64,000 nt of DNA from the human T2T-CHM13v2.0 reference genome, Homo sapiens. The stretch lies in the NCBI RefSeq assembly GCF_009914755.1, contig NC_060938.1; one strand, 5' to 3'. Position numbers and translations under genes: made by a program. A model generated the notes under the pieces. That model made no database searches and was not told where the DNA came from. It saw only the letters and a program-made list of their open reading frames with translations. Positions within the stretch are counted from its first letter, which is position 1; each line of letters opens with the position of its first letter. Shown here in pieces: positions 14,506 to 26,899 of the stretch.

Positions 14506-16721
14506 TCAGTATTCTATGATGACTCTTGGTAAGGAACAGAGTGGAGGGTCTCCTTAGTCTTGCTAATCAGTGAAGTGGAGAAGGTTTTGGGGAACTTCTC
14601 TTGTATTTATGGCATTTATGGCATGTTCTTAAAATCTCCAACTGTAAAATATTCACTTAAACAATTTCTGGATTATTGTTTTTAAGTCTAATTTGTCCTG
14701 CATATGCTTTATGATACCAACCTTTTTCCATAGCTGTTTCTAAATAGCTATGTCAGTTTTTGAAAAACAATCACACGAGAAACGATGCATCTTTCACCTG
14801 TTATCAAGTTGAAACATTTTGTTTCAGTTCAGAAATCCATAACCATCTGAATTAAGTAGAATGAAAATTCATTCACCAGTTACATCCCCATTGATTAGAG
14901 ATAAAGATACAAACTAGGTAAATAAAGTCATTGATCTCAGGCCTCAACTAAGTATTAGTCTCCATCAATCTGTGGAGAAATGCTAGAAACATAGCTGATT
15001 GTTGAGAAATTTCTAAATGTGCTTGTTTCTTACGCCTAGATAAATACTGTTTATCTATTGTTTTAGATTTTTATCAGTAGGGTTGGTCTCATGAAATACA
15101 GATATGTTTATCTCACACAATTAAAATCTTACTTTATTGAGTTTTAACTGCACTAAATATTCATATAAATATGTTTAACCTTAACCAAACATGTGTTTGG
15201 TTTACATATGTTACATTGGAGCTATAGCCCATGTAATTGAAAGGATGATGGTGATGTCAGAATAGCAGCTTTGAGGGATACGTGTTTCTATTAGTATCAT
15301 ATTATTTTCATCATTCTAATTTCAGTTGTATTTAGCACTGAAATTATATGTTGAAACTGTATTCCCTATAGAACATAATTCTTACTTTTTATTTTATAGA
15401 AACTTATAGCTGAGCCTGAGCTTTCAGGCCATTTAAATAATTCTTGTATTTCTTCAGACAGATTTTTGTCAAATTATCTATTGCAAATAGTACCAAAGAG
15501 CAATTTACCTCAAAAAGAATGTTTCCCCAGAGTCAGACATGTGTATGCAATATTTGTTTTTATGAAATCTGCAAAGAAGGAAAGGAAATGTTCAATGTGG
15601 TAAAACTGTGTTTCCAGGAAAGGGTGGAATAAAAATAGAAACAATGAGCAAATACTTTAAAAGTATTTCTATAGGCTAAATTTTGAGGAAAAAAATTAGC
15701 ATAAGAAACTCAAATTATCAATAATCACCTAAGAGGAATAGTGAAAGGCTCATCAAGCAAATATTAAAATGCCGTAAAATGCTTGACAAAATTCCATTTG
15801 ACAGGAAGTACATTATAAAAGCACATCATTCTTTTTTTCTGACATTTTTGGTCCCAATGAAAAGGAGGAAAACAAGAAATAAAGGTTCAGAATTTATAGG
15901 CAAAATTAAATAATAATAATTTATATTATTCCTCAATACAGACATACCAACTTCAATAATTTTTTGTTTCTCTGTTTACTTTTAGCAATAAATGAGTCAC
16001 AGCTTAGGAAAAAAATCCATCATTAGTATCATTAATGGTAGCCTCTTGCAGCAACATAATATGTCAGTCATCTAAAGAAGAGGTGTGGTTTTTACATTAA
16101 CGGTAGAAATAGCTGCAGCTTCTGTCTGATAATGCCTCTACCCCTATTATATCCTTTTGTATAAGTTGCCATTTGTATTTTACATAAAACTTCCAGTTGA
16201 GTAGTCATTAAATACAGCTTCATTATTTTGACAAAGTATCCCTCTATTTGGGACTCTACATGAGTGTGTTACCTTGAACAGTTCAATGATGTGATACAAA
16301 AGCCAGGTGTAGCTGTCAGGTTTACTACCATGCCCTTCATATTTACTATCCTGTATATATAAAAAAGACCCATTTGCCTAGTTAATTTCAAATCAGAGAG
16401 AAAAGAGAGCTCTCTTTCTAACTGCATATCACAAAATACACACGTGTATCAGAAATACGCTTGCACATTTGTGTATGCTTGTAGATTCATGCTTGGATAA
16501 ACAGGCTCAGGTTGTTTCAAATGATTAACTGGTAGCATTCACCGAAGTTTTCATACAAAAATATCAATAGTAAATAATTTTGTCAGACAAGACCAAGTCT
16601 ATTTGAAAAGGAAAACCACACCAATCCAGATAAAGAATATGCCTTTCTTCATTTGGGAAGTTTCCTCCCTATTGGACATTTAAAAGTTGCAAACTGTCTC
16701 CTCAGTTATAAAGACAATGCT

Positions 16722-17068
<347 letters not shown>

Positions 17069-17199
17069 CTATTCCTAAGTATATAAAAAGATAGTACTGA
17101 AATATTAAAAATAAATAAAATTTACATTGTAAAGAAACACTGCAAAAAGATAGGTTTCAGTGAACATAGCAGTTAATTGATAAAAGTAATGTTACTGAA

Positions 17200-17410
17200 G
17201 AACAATAAATGGTAAGTACTATAACATGTCAGGCAGTGTGCTCGGTGCTGTATAGATATCATGGGGTTGTAGTCTCACAATAATCCTATAAAGCAGATAC
17301 TATTGAAACTATTGTCTTTATCCCCATTATACAGATAAAGTCATGAAGTAGTAGAAAACTTTCTCAAAGCTGCACAACAGTAAGTATTAGAACTGCACTT
17401 TGAATGTTAC
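17200..17410 (-). mobile_element. MIR SINE
   Basis: catgtcaggcagtgtgctcggtgct...tctcacaataatcctataaagcagatactatt...tatccccattatacagata...tctcaaagctgcacaacagtaagt. Confidence 0.7.
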
Positions 17411-18090
17411 TATTGAAGTTTACATAACCAGGACAGGAATTCTGGCCTTTTCATATATTAATTACTTTACTCATCTAACCAGTATTTATTGAGCTTATCC
17501 ATTTGGGGTCGAGCACTAGGGACCTAGGGTGAGAACTTGGAGCCTGGCTACAAGCCCAGACAAAGGCAGCAATATCAAATTGCTCCTATCACAAGTGCCA
17601 ACTCTGATAAATTGGCAGGAGTTGCCTGTAAAAGCATCTTAAGAAGAGTACTATGGCTCAGGCCAGGTCAGAAAGGAACAATGAGGTAGACAGATGAGCA
17701 ATGTCTATGATGCATGAGGAGGTATGGCAGTAGCAACACAAGTATCAAATAATTGATTTCCTTGGGCTAGTGGGTAAGCAAAGAATAAAAGTAAAGCTCA
17801 GAAGCCACTGGTTAAATGAAGTGGGGTAAATTTAAAAAATGTGAGTAGTTTTGAATTGATATAAAGTAATATGGAGAATCATTAAAAACAAAAGATAAAA
17901 ACAGGACCCAGCATGCAAGGTCAAGTTAAGGGTAGCCATAATGGAAGGCAAATAATGGTTCAACACCAGATAGATAGAGGCAACCAAGAAGTACAGATTA
18001 TTAAAGAGGATGGCAGAAGTGCAGTCAGAAAATTAGCTGTCTCTAGAAACTTAACAAGCAGAGTCAAAAATTCCAGAGAGATGTTTTTTA

Positions 18091-18091
<1 letters not shown>

Positions 18092-18124
<33 letters not shown>
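18092..18124 (+). repeat. Pure poly(A)33
   Basis: 33 consecutive A with no Alu or L1 3' end recognisable immediately upstream. Confidence 0.95.
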
Positions 18125-18126
<2 letters not shown>

Positions 18127-19458
18127 TGGATAACTGAGGCAATGTGCCTGCTTCAGGCTCAAGCGGCAAAAGCAATCACTGCATGATTTGCCCAGACTAG
18201 GAGGTAATGGTACACTGGGCAGAGGTGGAAGAAAGAAGAGTGGTCGGGTTTTGTCAGGCCTCTGTCAATATTTCCCAACTAACTTAACTAAAAAGTTGAC
18301 TACAGCCCAGCAGTGGCCAACTTTGTTCTCTCCAAAACTTTTTGACTGAACAAGTTTCCATGTTTTGAAATGTTTTTTGGTGATGCCCCACTCTCTTCTC
18401 CCAGGCAGATCTCAGAGTTGACAGCTGTTAATCCCACTCCACTATGAATGAATCCTGCCAGGGATGACAATGAGCAGGTGCAGGCATTTCCGTTCACCTG
18501 CATCAAACCACAGTCTCCTGAGAATACGATTTGTGCAAACAGCCCTTATCCCATTTGGCAATTGGGGATTTAGCACAAATTGTAGGACCTGGAGCCTACA
18601 GTTTAAGACAAGTGGCTTGGAAGAGAGGTAAGCACACACTTCTGAGATGCGTGTGGTAATTAGCTCCCAGCAGCATAAAACATTCAACTCTGAATGATGA
18701 ATTTTAATTTTATTTCAAAAGCCTTTTCAAGAGGAAGATGTCAGAGCTTAACACTTGCTACTAGATTTAACATAAATGGCTACCTGCCAATTAGAATCTG
18801 TTTTCCAATCATTTGTGATCTAATATATGAAAGTGAATTATGTGGTTCAAGATGAAATGAAATCTATAATTCTCTGTACAGTGTTGAAATATTAAATCAT
18901 GTTGAGGGTGTGAGCAGCAAAGGGGAACACATTGTTGATTTATACATAAATAATAAGTGTGTCACTCAACCAGATTTCAACTTGAGCTAGCAAAACATTT
19001 GGCTCATCTTGCAGTGGTGAAAACATGGATTTCTAAAAAGTTGAGAGGTAAAGTTTCACATCCAGAAGATCAAGCCCAGCTATGTTTCTGGATAAAAGGA
19101 CTAAAATGGTCAGTCCAGCACAGTGGGAAAATTGAGGGAATGAAAGAAGGAAAAACTATCAGTCTGCCTTCACTTCTTGGGAAGTGCATTGAGTTTTGTT
19201 TTTTTGTTTGTTTGTTTTTTCTATAGAAGGCATCAAGCACAAAGGGACAGGTGATTTTGCACCTTGGTCCAACATATTCTAAGACAGATCTATTATTCAT
19301 TAAGGCTGGAGGAGTAGCTACATTTAGCTACATCTAGGCCATTTAACTAAATAGAAAAACTAAATAGAAACTAAATAGAATACCCCCAGGACTGTATGGG
19401 TTTGGGGGAACGTATTTTTTAATTCAGTTACTTTGAAAGTCTATTTTAGCCTTGGATG

Positions 19459-19922
19459 CTGTTATGGGTTGAATTATATACCCCTAAATGAAATGTTGAA
19501 GTTCTGACTCCCAGTACCTGCAACTGTGACCTTATTTGGTAATAGGGTCTTGGCAAGATGTAATCAAGTTGAGATGAGGTAATACTGAATTAGAGTGGGC
19601 ACTTACTCAAATATGACTGATGTTCTTAGAAGAAGAGGGAAATTTAGACTAAGAGACGGACAGTGGGCTGTGGGTTGGAAGGAAGAACACCACATAACAA
19701 CAGAAGCAAACACTGACATGCTGTAGCTGCAAGACAGGGAACCCCTGTCACTGCCAGAAGCTGGAAGAAGCAAGGAAGTATTTTTCTTTAGAGTCTTCAG
19801 AGAAAACATGGCCCTGTAGAGCTTGATTCTAGACTTCCAGCCCACAGAACTGTGAGGCAAGAAATTGTTGTTCTAAGGTCACCCATTTATGGTACTTTGT
19901 TGAGCACCCTTAGGAAACAAAA
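19459..19922 (+). mobile_element. MLT1B/C-type MaLR solo LTR
   Basis: tgttatgggttgaatt...tgttgaagttctgactcccagtacct...tgtgaccttatttgg.aatagggtctt...ccagaagctggaagaagcaagga...gacttccagcc..cagaactgtgag...taggaaac. Confidence 0.9.
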
Positions 19923-20839
19923 TTCTCACATATTAAACAGATAAATACAAAGTTGTTCTGATCAAAATTGGAGTGAAAAATCACAAAATACCACCTGGAA
20001 GATATTCAATCCACTGCCCAGTGTGCCACCAGAGGTCCCTCTGAGGAACTCTGAGCTCTCACAAGGTTGGGGATTGACACCCGCTAAACCTATTCTAATC
20101 TTTTTAAATGGCCACATGCCATGAATGTTCATCTAAGCAAATTTTAATACACTGCAGAAACCCATGTAATGAGCATTCAAATTAAGCAAAGAAGCATCAC
20201 TAGCACCTCACAGCCCTCGCGATTCCCTTCACACCCCAAATTACGTCTACTCTCCACTGCTAACTGTCCTGTCAGTTTTTGAAATAATGTGGGTCTCTTA
20301 CATCATTTTGAGAGGGAGGGTTATTCTCCTGTTTAAAAATTCAACTGATTCTCTGTCAAGTTTCTTAAATACTGAGTAATAATCTTTGTGTTATTTATAA
20401 TACTTAGAAATGTTGATATCAGACGGCCCTTTGCAATGTCAATGCCATCTGTAAATTAAATTGAAATATATGACAATGTCATATAAAAAACTTTCAATAA
20501 TGATTTAATACCATTTTACCCTTTTATTTTCTTCATTTTAAATTCTTTACACCAACAATGGGTTTTGCCTGTTGTATCTCAAAGAAGTTACTATCTGTCT
20601 CATTAAAGTTGGGATATCATCCAAAAACACTTTTTAGCTTCCAATTTGTTCTTTTTAGAATGCTTTGCATGTAAGAAAGTTATATGTAAATTAAAGAGAA
20701 TGAACCTAATTGACTAATTTTCAATCTTTTTTTATCTGCAATCTCCTGTCTCCATGAAATTAAATGTGTATAATAAAGTAATATTATTATTGTATCTACA
20801 TTTTTTTACAAAATTAATGAGGTGACTTCTAAAACTCTC

Positions 20840-21055
20840 CAGCACTTAAGTAGTGTTCATTTGTGTCAAGTATTACTCTAAATGCTTTTACATATTTTAA
20901 ATTACTTAATTTCATAAAAACCCAATGAGATAGGGTAGTTATTATTCATATTTTACCAATGAAGAAATAGGTCACAGAGAGTTTGAGTAAATTCCCCAAG
21001 GTCACAGGGGAGTGAAGCCCAGATTCAAGTCCAGGCTGGCTGACAGAGTTCATAT
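20840..21055 (-). mobile_element. MIR SINE
   Basis: tgtgtcaagtattactctaaatgcttt...aacccaatgagatagg...attttaccaatgaagaaataggtcacagagagtttgagtaaattccccaaggtcacag...cccagattcaagtccagg. Confidence 0.8.
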
Positions 21056-21359
21056 TATCTTGTTATGCAAGATTTTAACAGAATGATATTCAATAAAATG
21101 ATAATATTATAGAATTTCAAATAAAGACAAGAGTGAAATAAATATTAAAATATTCAACCAGAAAAGTCAGTAAATTTCTGGTGTTGAGCTCCAAAATGTT
21201 TTTCTCTGTGTCTTTTCAGAGTAAACATACACATGAACCAAACCTATCCAAACTACTTGCTACATAGATCTTTCAGAAACATTGTTTTTAAAAATAAAAA
21301 GAATAGTAGCTTTTCAAAAAGCTGTTCCAAATATTGAATTTGAGGGTTAATTCTTCAAA

Positions 21360-21721
21360 TTACAAATATGTTTATGCTTTGACCCAGGAATCTTGCTTCA
21401 GGGGATTTACCTAACAGACCTGCACACATTCAGAAGTGACTCATGTGTGAGGTTAATCATGAGAGCATTAAGCTTAGTAACAAAAGGCTGAAAACAACTT
21501 CATTTTCTTAGGGGGGACTAATTAAATGTATAGACACAAAAAGGGCTCCACTCATATTCTTAAATAAAATGAGTAAATAAATGTCCATAAAGTATATGGT
21601 ATGATACATTTTGAAAAATAAATTGCAAAACTAAATATACCTATTTATATATTCATGAAGATACATTGGAAGGATACAAGAACTTGATAAATGTTGTTAA
21701 GCAAAAAAAAAAAAAAAAAAA
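21360..21721 (+). mobile_element. Old L1 (L1ME-like) 3' fragment ending in poly(A)
   Basis: gctttgacccaggaatcttgcttcaggggatttaccta...gtaacaaaaggctgaaaacaac; A-run at 21703-21721. Confidence 0.5.
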
Positions 21722-21749
21722 CCCAAGTAAAAGCAAAAGACTTTTTTTT

Positions 21750-22060
21750 TCTCTCACATGACACATTTGCAAATTCCATTGGTTCTACTTTCAATACATA
21801 TTCCAAATCTAACCATGTCTAACAAGCTTCCACTACTACCACTCTGGCCTAAACCATCATTATCTCATACCTGAATGATTATAATAGCCTGTATCCTTGA
21901 ACCTTCAAATCATTTCAATATGGCAGTCACGGTGATCTTCTTAAAAGGACCTGTCATTCCTGTGCTCCAGATCCTCTCATCTCAGAGTAAAAATCAACCC
22001 ACATTATAACTTACAGAGCTCTATATCATTTGGGGCCAAATTACTCCTTTTCTCTCATGT
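21750..22060 (+). mobile_element. L2 LINE fragment
   Basis: ttggttctactttcaatacatattccaaatctaacca...ccactactaccactctggcctaaaccatcattatctcatacctgaatgattataatagcct. Confidence 0.65.
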
Positions 22061-23418
22061 GTCCATGTGTATGTATAAGAATAAGATACAAACAGAGAAA
22101 TCATCATAAGTTCAAGCACAAAATAGTACTACATTTTGTTTTTAGGACTACGCGAAAGCCTCTTTGGATAGGCAAAACCCTAAAAACAACCTAGAGAATA
22201 AAATTAAATAGCTGAGTTTAGAAGAGTTATTGTCAAATGTTAACAATTAATTGTTTGAGGTTTTTTTCCTCCCTTTCAACTCTTTTGCTAAATCCCCAAT
22301 GCTTCCAGACATGAAGCCACATAGAATTGTGGGATGACATTGAGGTATAATTTCTCACCTTATATCTTCTTCTGTGTGGAAATATCAAACCAAATTTTTC
22401 TGCTTGGGAAATAACTATTTTAAATTCTGAATATCTCTTTAGTGAAACAAAATAACATATTTCTGAAAAAATAAAACCTAAATGAAACCCCTTCTCTAAG
22501 TTAACTTAATTGACTTAAATATTTCTTCGCTTGCCTATGCTGAAAATAGGCAAATGAATAATAACAACCATAAGGATAAATTGCAGAAAATGCTTGCTCC
22601 AGACACAATATGAACTTTCAACTAAAATTATGAGTACAGGCCATTCTAGATAATAAAATTCATACTGAGGAATATTCCAATTTAGTGTTGTTTAATTGCA
22701 TGGAATCCTAATAAAGCCTTATTGTAAATAAGTAATAGTGCCAGGCCTACATGGGGCTGGGGCTGAAGTGTGGTTCTGGACCAAAGCAGCTCTGGGGATC
22801 CCCCCAATAGCAGTTGGCAAATCTTCCCTCTAGCAGTTCCCTATTAATAGGAGTCAGACTTCAATTATTTTTTTCCTCATCTCCATGCCTCCAAATGATA
22901 ATTGTCTAAAAGTAAATATTCTGCCTCAGCTCATCTTTTATAAGCTGCATCTCACACGCTATGGTTTTCTGTCCATTATTCATTCCTTTTGATCTTGCTA
23001 GCTACCACCAGGGAAGCAAGATAACACGGATCATTGCCCAAATTATGGCATAAGCACATTGTCTTTAAAGGGGCCGTAGATTAAATAAAAAGCCTAAATC
23101 TTATTTAACACTCTGCAAACAAATACACCTAATACATGTTTCCTCCTACGAAGGAGAGTATCAATCATATAGGTTATCAATAAACCTTTGTATGATGAAA
23201 ATTAAATTCATGCATGCTAGGGTGTATATGCCTATGTTCCTAGGACATCTATTTAAAGCTGTTAGTGTGCAACATATTCCAGTGCTGGTAGGCACAATTA
23301 CAATGTAATCAGCCCTTTCACAATAGGGAATCACAATCATGTCCAGTTTCTGAAACATAGACAATGCCACAGTTTTGTTCCAAGAGTCATTGTCAGTTAC
23401 TGAGATTTCCTTCTAATT

Positions 23419-23643
23419 CAGGGGCTGGTAAACTTCATCTAGTGGGCCAAATCCTTCCCACTGACTGTTTTTGTAAGTAAAGTTTTATTGGAATGCAGCC
23501 ATGCTCATTTATTTATGTATCCTCTATGAGAACTTTCCCAAAATATATTGGCAGAGTTGCGTAGTTGTGACAAGGATCTTATAATCTGAAAGCCTGAAAT
23601 ACTTATAAATTGGCACTTTACAGAAAGTGTGTGCTGACCAATG
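23419..23643 (+). mobile_element. MER58A (hAT-Charlie DNA transposon)
   Basis: caggggctggtaaact...gggccaaatcc...tgtttttgtaagtaaagttttattggaatgcagccatgctcatt...ggcagagttgcgtagttgtgac; TSD ttctaatt (23411-23418) / ctctaatt (23644-23651). Confidence 0.9.
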
Positions 23644-23649
23644 CTCTAA

Positions 23650-24045
23650 TTCATTCATTTAATTTGTTCAGTTAATATTTAATGATTAGCTACTATAAGC
23701 TAAGCATCAAAGCATTAGCCTAGGTGCCAGAGATTCAAAAGTCAACAAAACAAAGTCTTTGATGTTGTGCAGCTTATAATTTGAGGTAGGAGGGTAGACA
23801 AAATATAAAATACCATTATGTATTTTAAGGAAGCTTTGAGTGCTATAGATAAAAAGTAAAACATATTAAAGCAGTTGGGCATCCATGGGAGCTGGGGTCT
23901 TATTTGTTGGGTTGTTGCTCCTTCACCTTGTGTAAGGCTAATTATGAAAGGATCTTCCAGTAGGGTGATATTTGAGAAGAGGCCTAAAAAAAGAGAGAGA
24001 TCCCTGTGGATATCCATAGAATGTGTGTTCTAGGGGAGGTAATTA
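23650..24045 (-). mobile_element. L2 LINE 3' end
   Basis: tcattcattt...aatatttaatga...ctaggtgccagagattcaaaag..aacaaaacaaagtc...gggtgatatttgagaagaggcct. Confidence 0.65.
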
Positions 24046-24361
24046 TGAATTCCCTTTCTAACAACAGAAACCCAGAATACTTGAAACAAGACTGGTAGAA
24101 ATCAAGGGAGAGGTAGACAACTGAACAATAGGTAGAGAAGTAAATACCCTACTTTTAATAATGGGTAGAACAAAGTGGAAGATCATCAAGGAAATAGAAG
24201 ACATGAACATTGTAAACCAACTAGACTGGAAAGATGTCCATAAACACCCCAATCAATAGAGGCAGAATACATATTCTTCTCAAGCACACCTGGAATATTC
24301 TCCAAAATAGTCCATAAATGAAGCCAGAAAACACATCTCAATGAATGTAAAGTACAAAATC

Positions 24362-24795
24362 TGTTAGCCCGGAAAATTTGAGACAGGTTTCAGTTAATTT
24401 AGAAAGTTTATTTTGCCAAGATCGAGGACATGTGCCTGTAATACAGCCTCAGGAAGTCCTGATGACATGTGCCCAAGGTGGTCAGAACACAGCTTGATTT
24501 TATACATTTTAGGAAGACATCAGACCTCAATCAGTATATGTAAGAAGTACATTGGTTCAGTCCAGAAAGGGCGGGGACAACTTGAAGCAGGGAGGGGGCT
24601 TCCAGGTTACAGATAGGTGAGAGACAAATGGTTGCATTCTTTTGAGTTTTTGGTAAGCCTTTTCAAAGGAGGCAATCATAATATGCATCTATCTCAGTGA
24701 GCAGAATGGAAGGCAGATTTGCCCTGAGCTGTTTCCAGCTTGAATTTTCCTTTTAGCTTAGTGATTTTGGAGGCCCAAGATATTTTCCTTTCGCA
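24362..24795 (-). mobile_element. MER4A1-type ERV1 solo LTR
   Basis: Reverse strand begins tgcgaaaggaaaatatcttgggcctccaaaatcactaagctaaa and has aataaactttctaaattaactga near its end; perfect TSD aatc (24358-24361, 24796-24799). Confidence 0.92.
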
Positions 24796-25180
24796 AATCT
24801 TACAAAGTATGTTCTCAATAATAATGGAATTAAAAATTGATAGCAGAAATTTGTGAGTTTCACTAATGTCTGGATAAATATCTGGATATTAAGTAACACA
24901 TTGCTACATAACCAAAGGGTCGAAGAATAAATGAAAAAATATTAGAAAATACTTTGAGATAAATGAAAATGAAGACATATTAAAACTTATGATAAGCAGT
25001 TAAGACAGTGCTTAGATGGAAATTTATAGCAGTAAACATCTACATTAAGAAAGAAGAAATATCTCAAATTAATAAACTAAGTATTTCTCTTCAGAAAAGA
25101 GGAAAAGAACACCCTAAACCCACAGCAAGCAGAAATAAGAAAATAAAAACTAAAGCAGATTTTTAAAAAATTGAGAGTGG

Positions 25181-25828
25181 TGAGGACTAAGCTCTGATTT
25201 TTTTTATCTTGCCCAAATTCCTATCTAAGGGGTGTGGGGAGTCATGTCCTACAAACCAGAAATTCTCATCAGATGGATTTTATTTACCATGTATATCGTG
25301 ACGTACATTCCAATCTGTCTCTGGCATAATAAAGAAGAAAATCAAAATATTTTACCCCAAAATGTGTTTCTCTGCCATATCTTGAAATGACCCTGCAAAG
25401 CCGTCCTTTGTGGGGGAAAATCTGCATCTGTACAGAACCTTGATTAAGTGCAGCCACTATAAGACTTCAAAAGAACCTTGGTCTCCACAATCTTTTAGCT
25501 TAATCTGAGCATTTTCTTTCTATCAATCCCAGGTCTTTAGACAAACTCAACCAATTGTCAACCAGAAAATGTTTAAATTTACCTACAGCCTGGAAGCCCC
25601 TGCTTGGAGTTGTCTTGCTTTTCTGAACCAAACCAGTGTATTTCTTAAATGTATTTGATCGATTTCTCATGGCTCCCTAAAATGTACAAAACTGAGCTTT
25701 ACCCTGACCACCTGGGGCACATGTTCTCAGGACCTCCTGAGGGCTGTGTCATAGGCCATGGTCACTCATATTTGGCTAAGAATAAATCTCTAAAAATATT
25801 TTACAGAGTTTGACTCTTTTCATCAACA
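25181..25828 (+). mobile_element. MER4D/E-type ERV1 solo LTR
   Basis: Begins tgaggactaagctctgattttttttatcttgcccaaattcctatctaagggg; ends aataaatctct...tttacagagtttgactcttttcatcaaca; flanks gtgg/ctgg. Confidence 0.9.
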
Positions 25829-26899
25829 CTGGCAAAACAATGAACTAATGAGCCAAAGTTTGAAACTTTGTAAATATCAATCAAATTGACAAATCTTTAG
25901 CTAGTTTGACCAAGATTTTTCTTAAATAAGACTTGAATTACTGAAATAAGAAATAAAAGAAGGCTGTATTATGAAACCTTAAAACAATGAATTAGAAGGG
26001 AGCACTATTTAACAAGGGTATGCCAACAAATTATATAACTTAGAAGAAATAGAAACATTTCTAGAAAGACACAATTGCCATAAATTACTCCAGATAAATG
26101 TAAAATGTGAATACATCTAATGGAAGTAAAGAGATCAAATCAGTAACTAAAAACATCCCACATGGAAGTTCCTAGGACAGATGGCTTCACTAATAAATTC
26201 CATTAAATATTCAGAGTAGTTAATGCCAATCTTTGACAAGATGAGGAAGAAACAACTTCACAACTCATTTTATGAGATCAATATTACCCTGATACCTAAA
26301 CCTAAACTTGGCAAAATTGCAAAAGAAAAGGAAGTTATAGACCAGTATTTATTTTAATATAGACACAAAACTTCTTAACAGAAACTTGTCAACCAAATCC
26401 AGTAATATATAGACAGACTTATACAACATGACAAATTGAGAGTTATGTCAGAAATACAAGGTTGGTTTAATATCCCAAGTCAAGAACGAAGTGCTTTCTC
26501 TTGTCCCAGCTGTAAAAGAAAATTTACCTCTGAGGGCTTGAAAACAATAGAGTCCAAACAAAAGACTCCAAAATATTAAAGAGTTACATTCCAAGTTAAT
26601 CGTGATTTACTAATTATTTGCAGAGAAAAAAACTAATTATGTCAGAAACATCATCTGCTTTCAAAAGTCTTACCTGGTTAGCCTTAAGTAATCCAATGTC
26701 ATTCTTGAGAATCCAACAGTTTCTTGCATTAGGAAGATTGGTATGCAAGTCTATTGTGGTGGTGCTGATACCTTCAGATCTTTCAGGAATATTTTTTGTC
26801 TAATTGGGGTAGGGTGGAGGTAAACAATTTTCCAAGTTTTATATTTGACCCTTTGTCTATAAGAATCAATATTAGGATTTACAATACCTGGAAAATGGA

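Larger units (their letters stand above)
24058..26485 (+). mobile_element. Old L1M ORF2 fragment (endonuclease to early RT), split by two MER4 LTRs
   Basis: gaaatcaagggagaggtagacaa...gcagaatacatattcttctcaagcacacctggaatattctccaaaatag...gaaatttatagcagtaaac...ggacagatggcttcact...aactcattttatgag...caatattaccctgatacc; multiple stops and frameshifts. Confidence 0.88.

Noticed and set aside
15169-15209. Hairpin aaccaaaca-tg-tgtttggtt as a possible pre-miRNA
   Set aside because: Only a 9-bp core stem with a 2-nt loop; too short for a Drosha substrate
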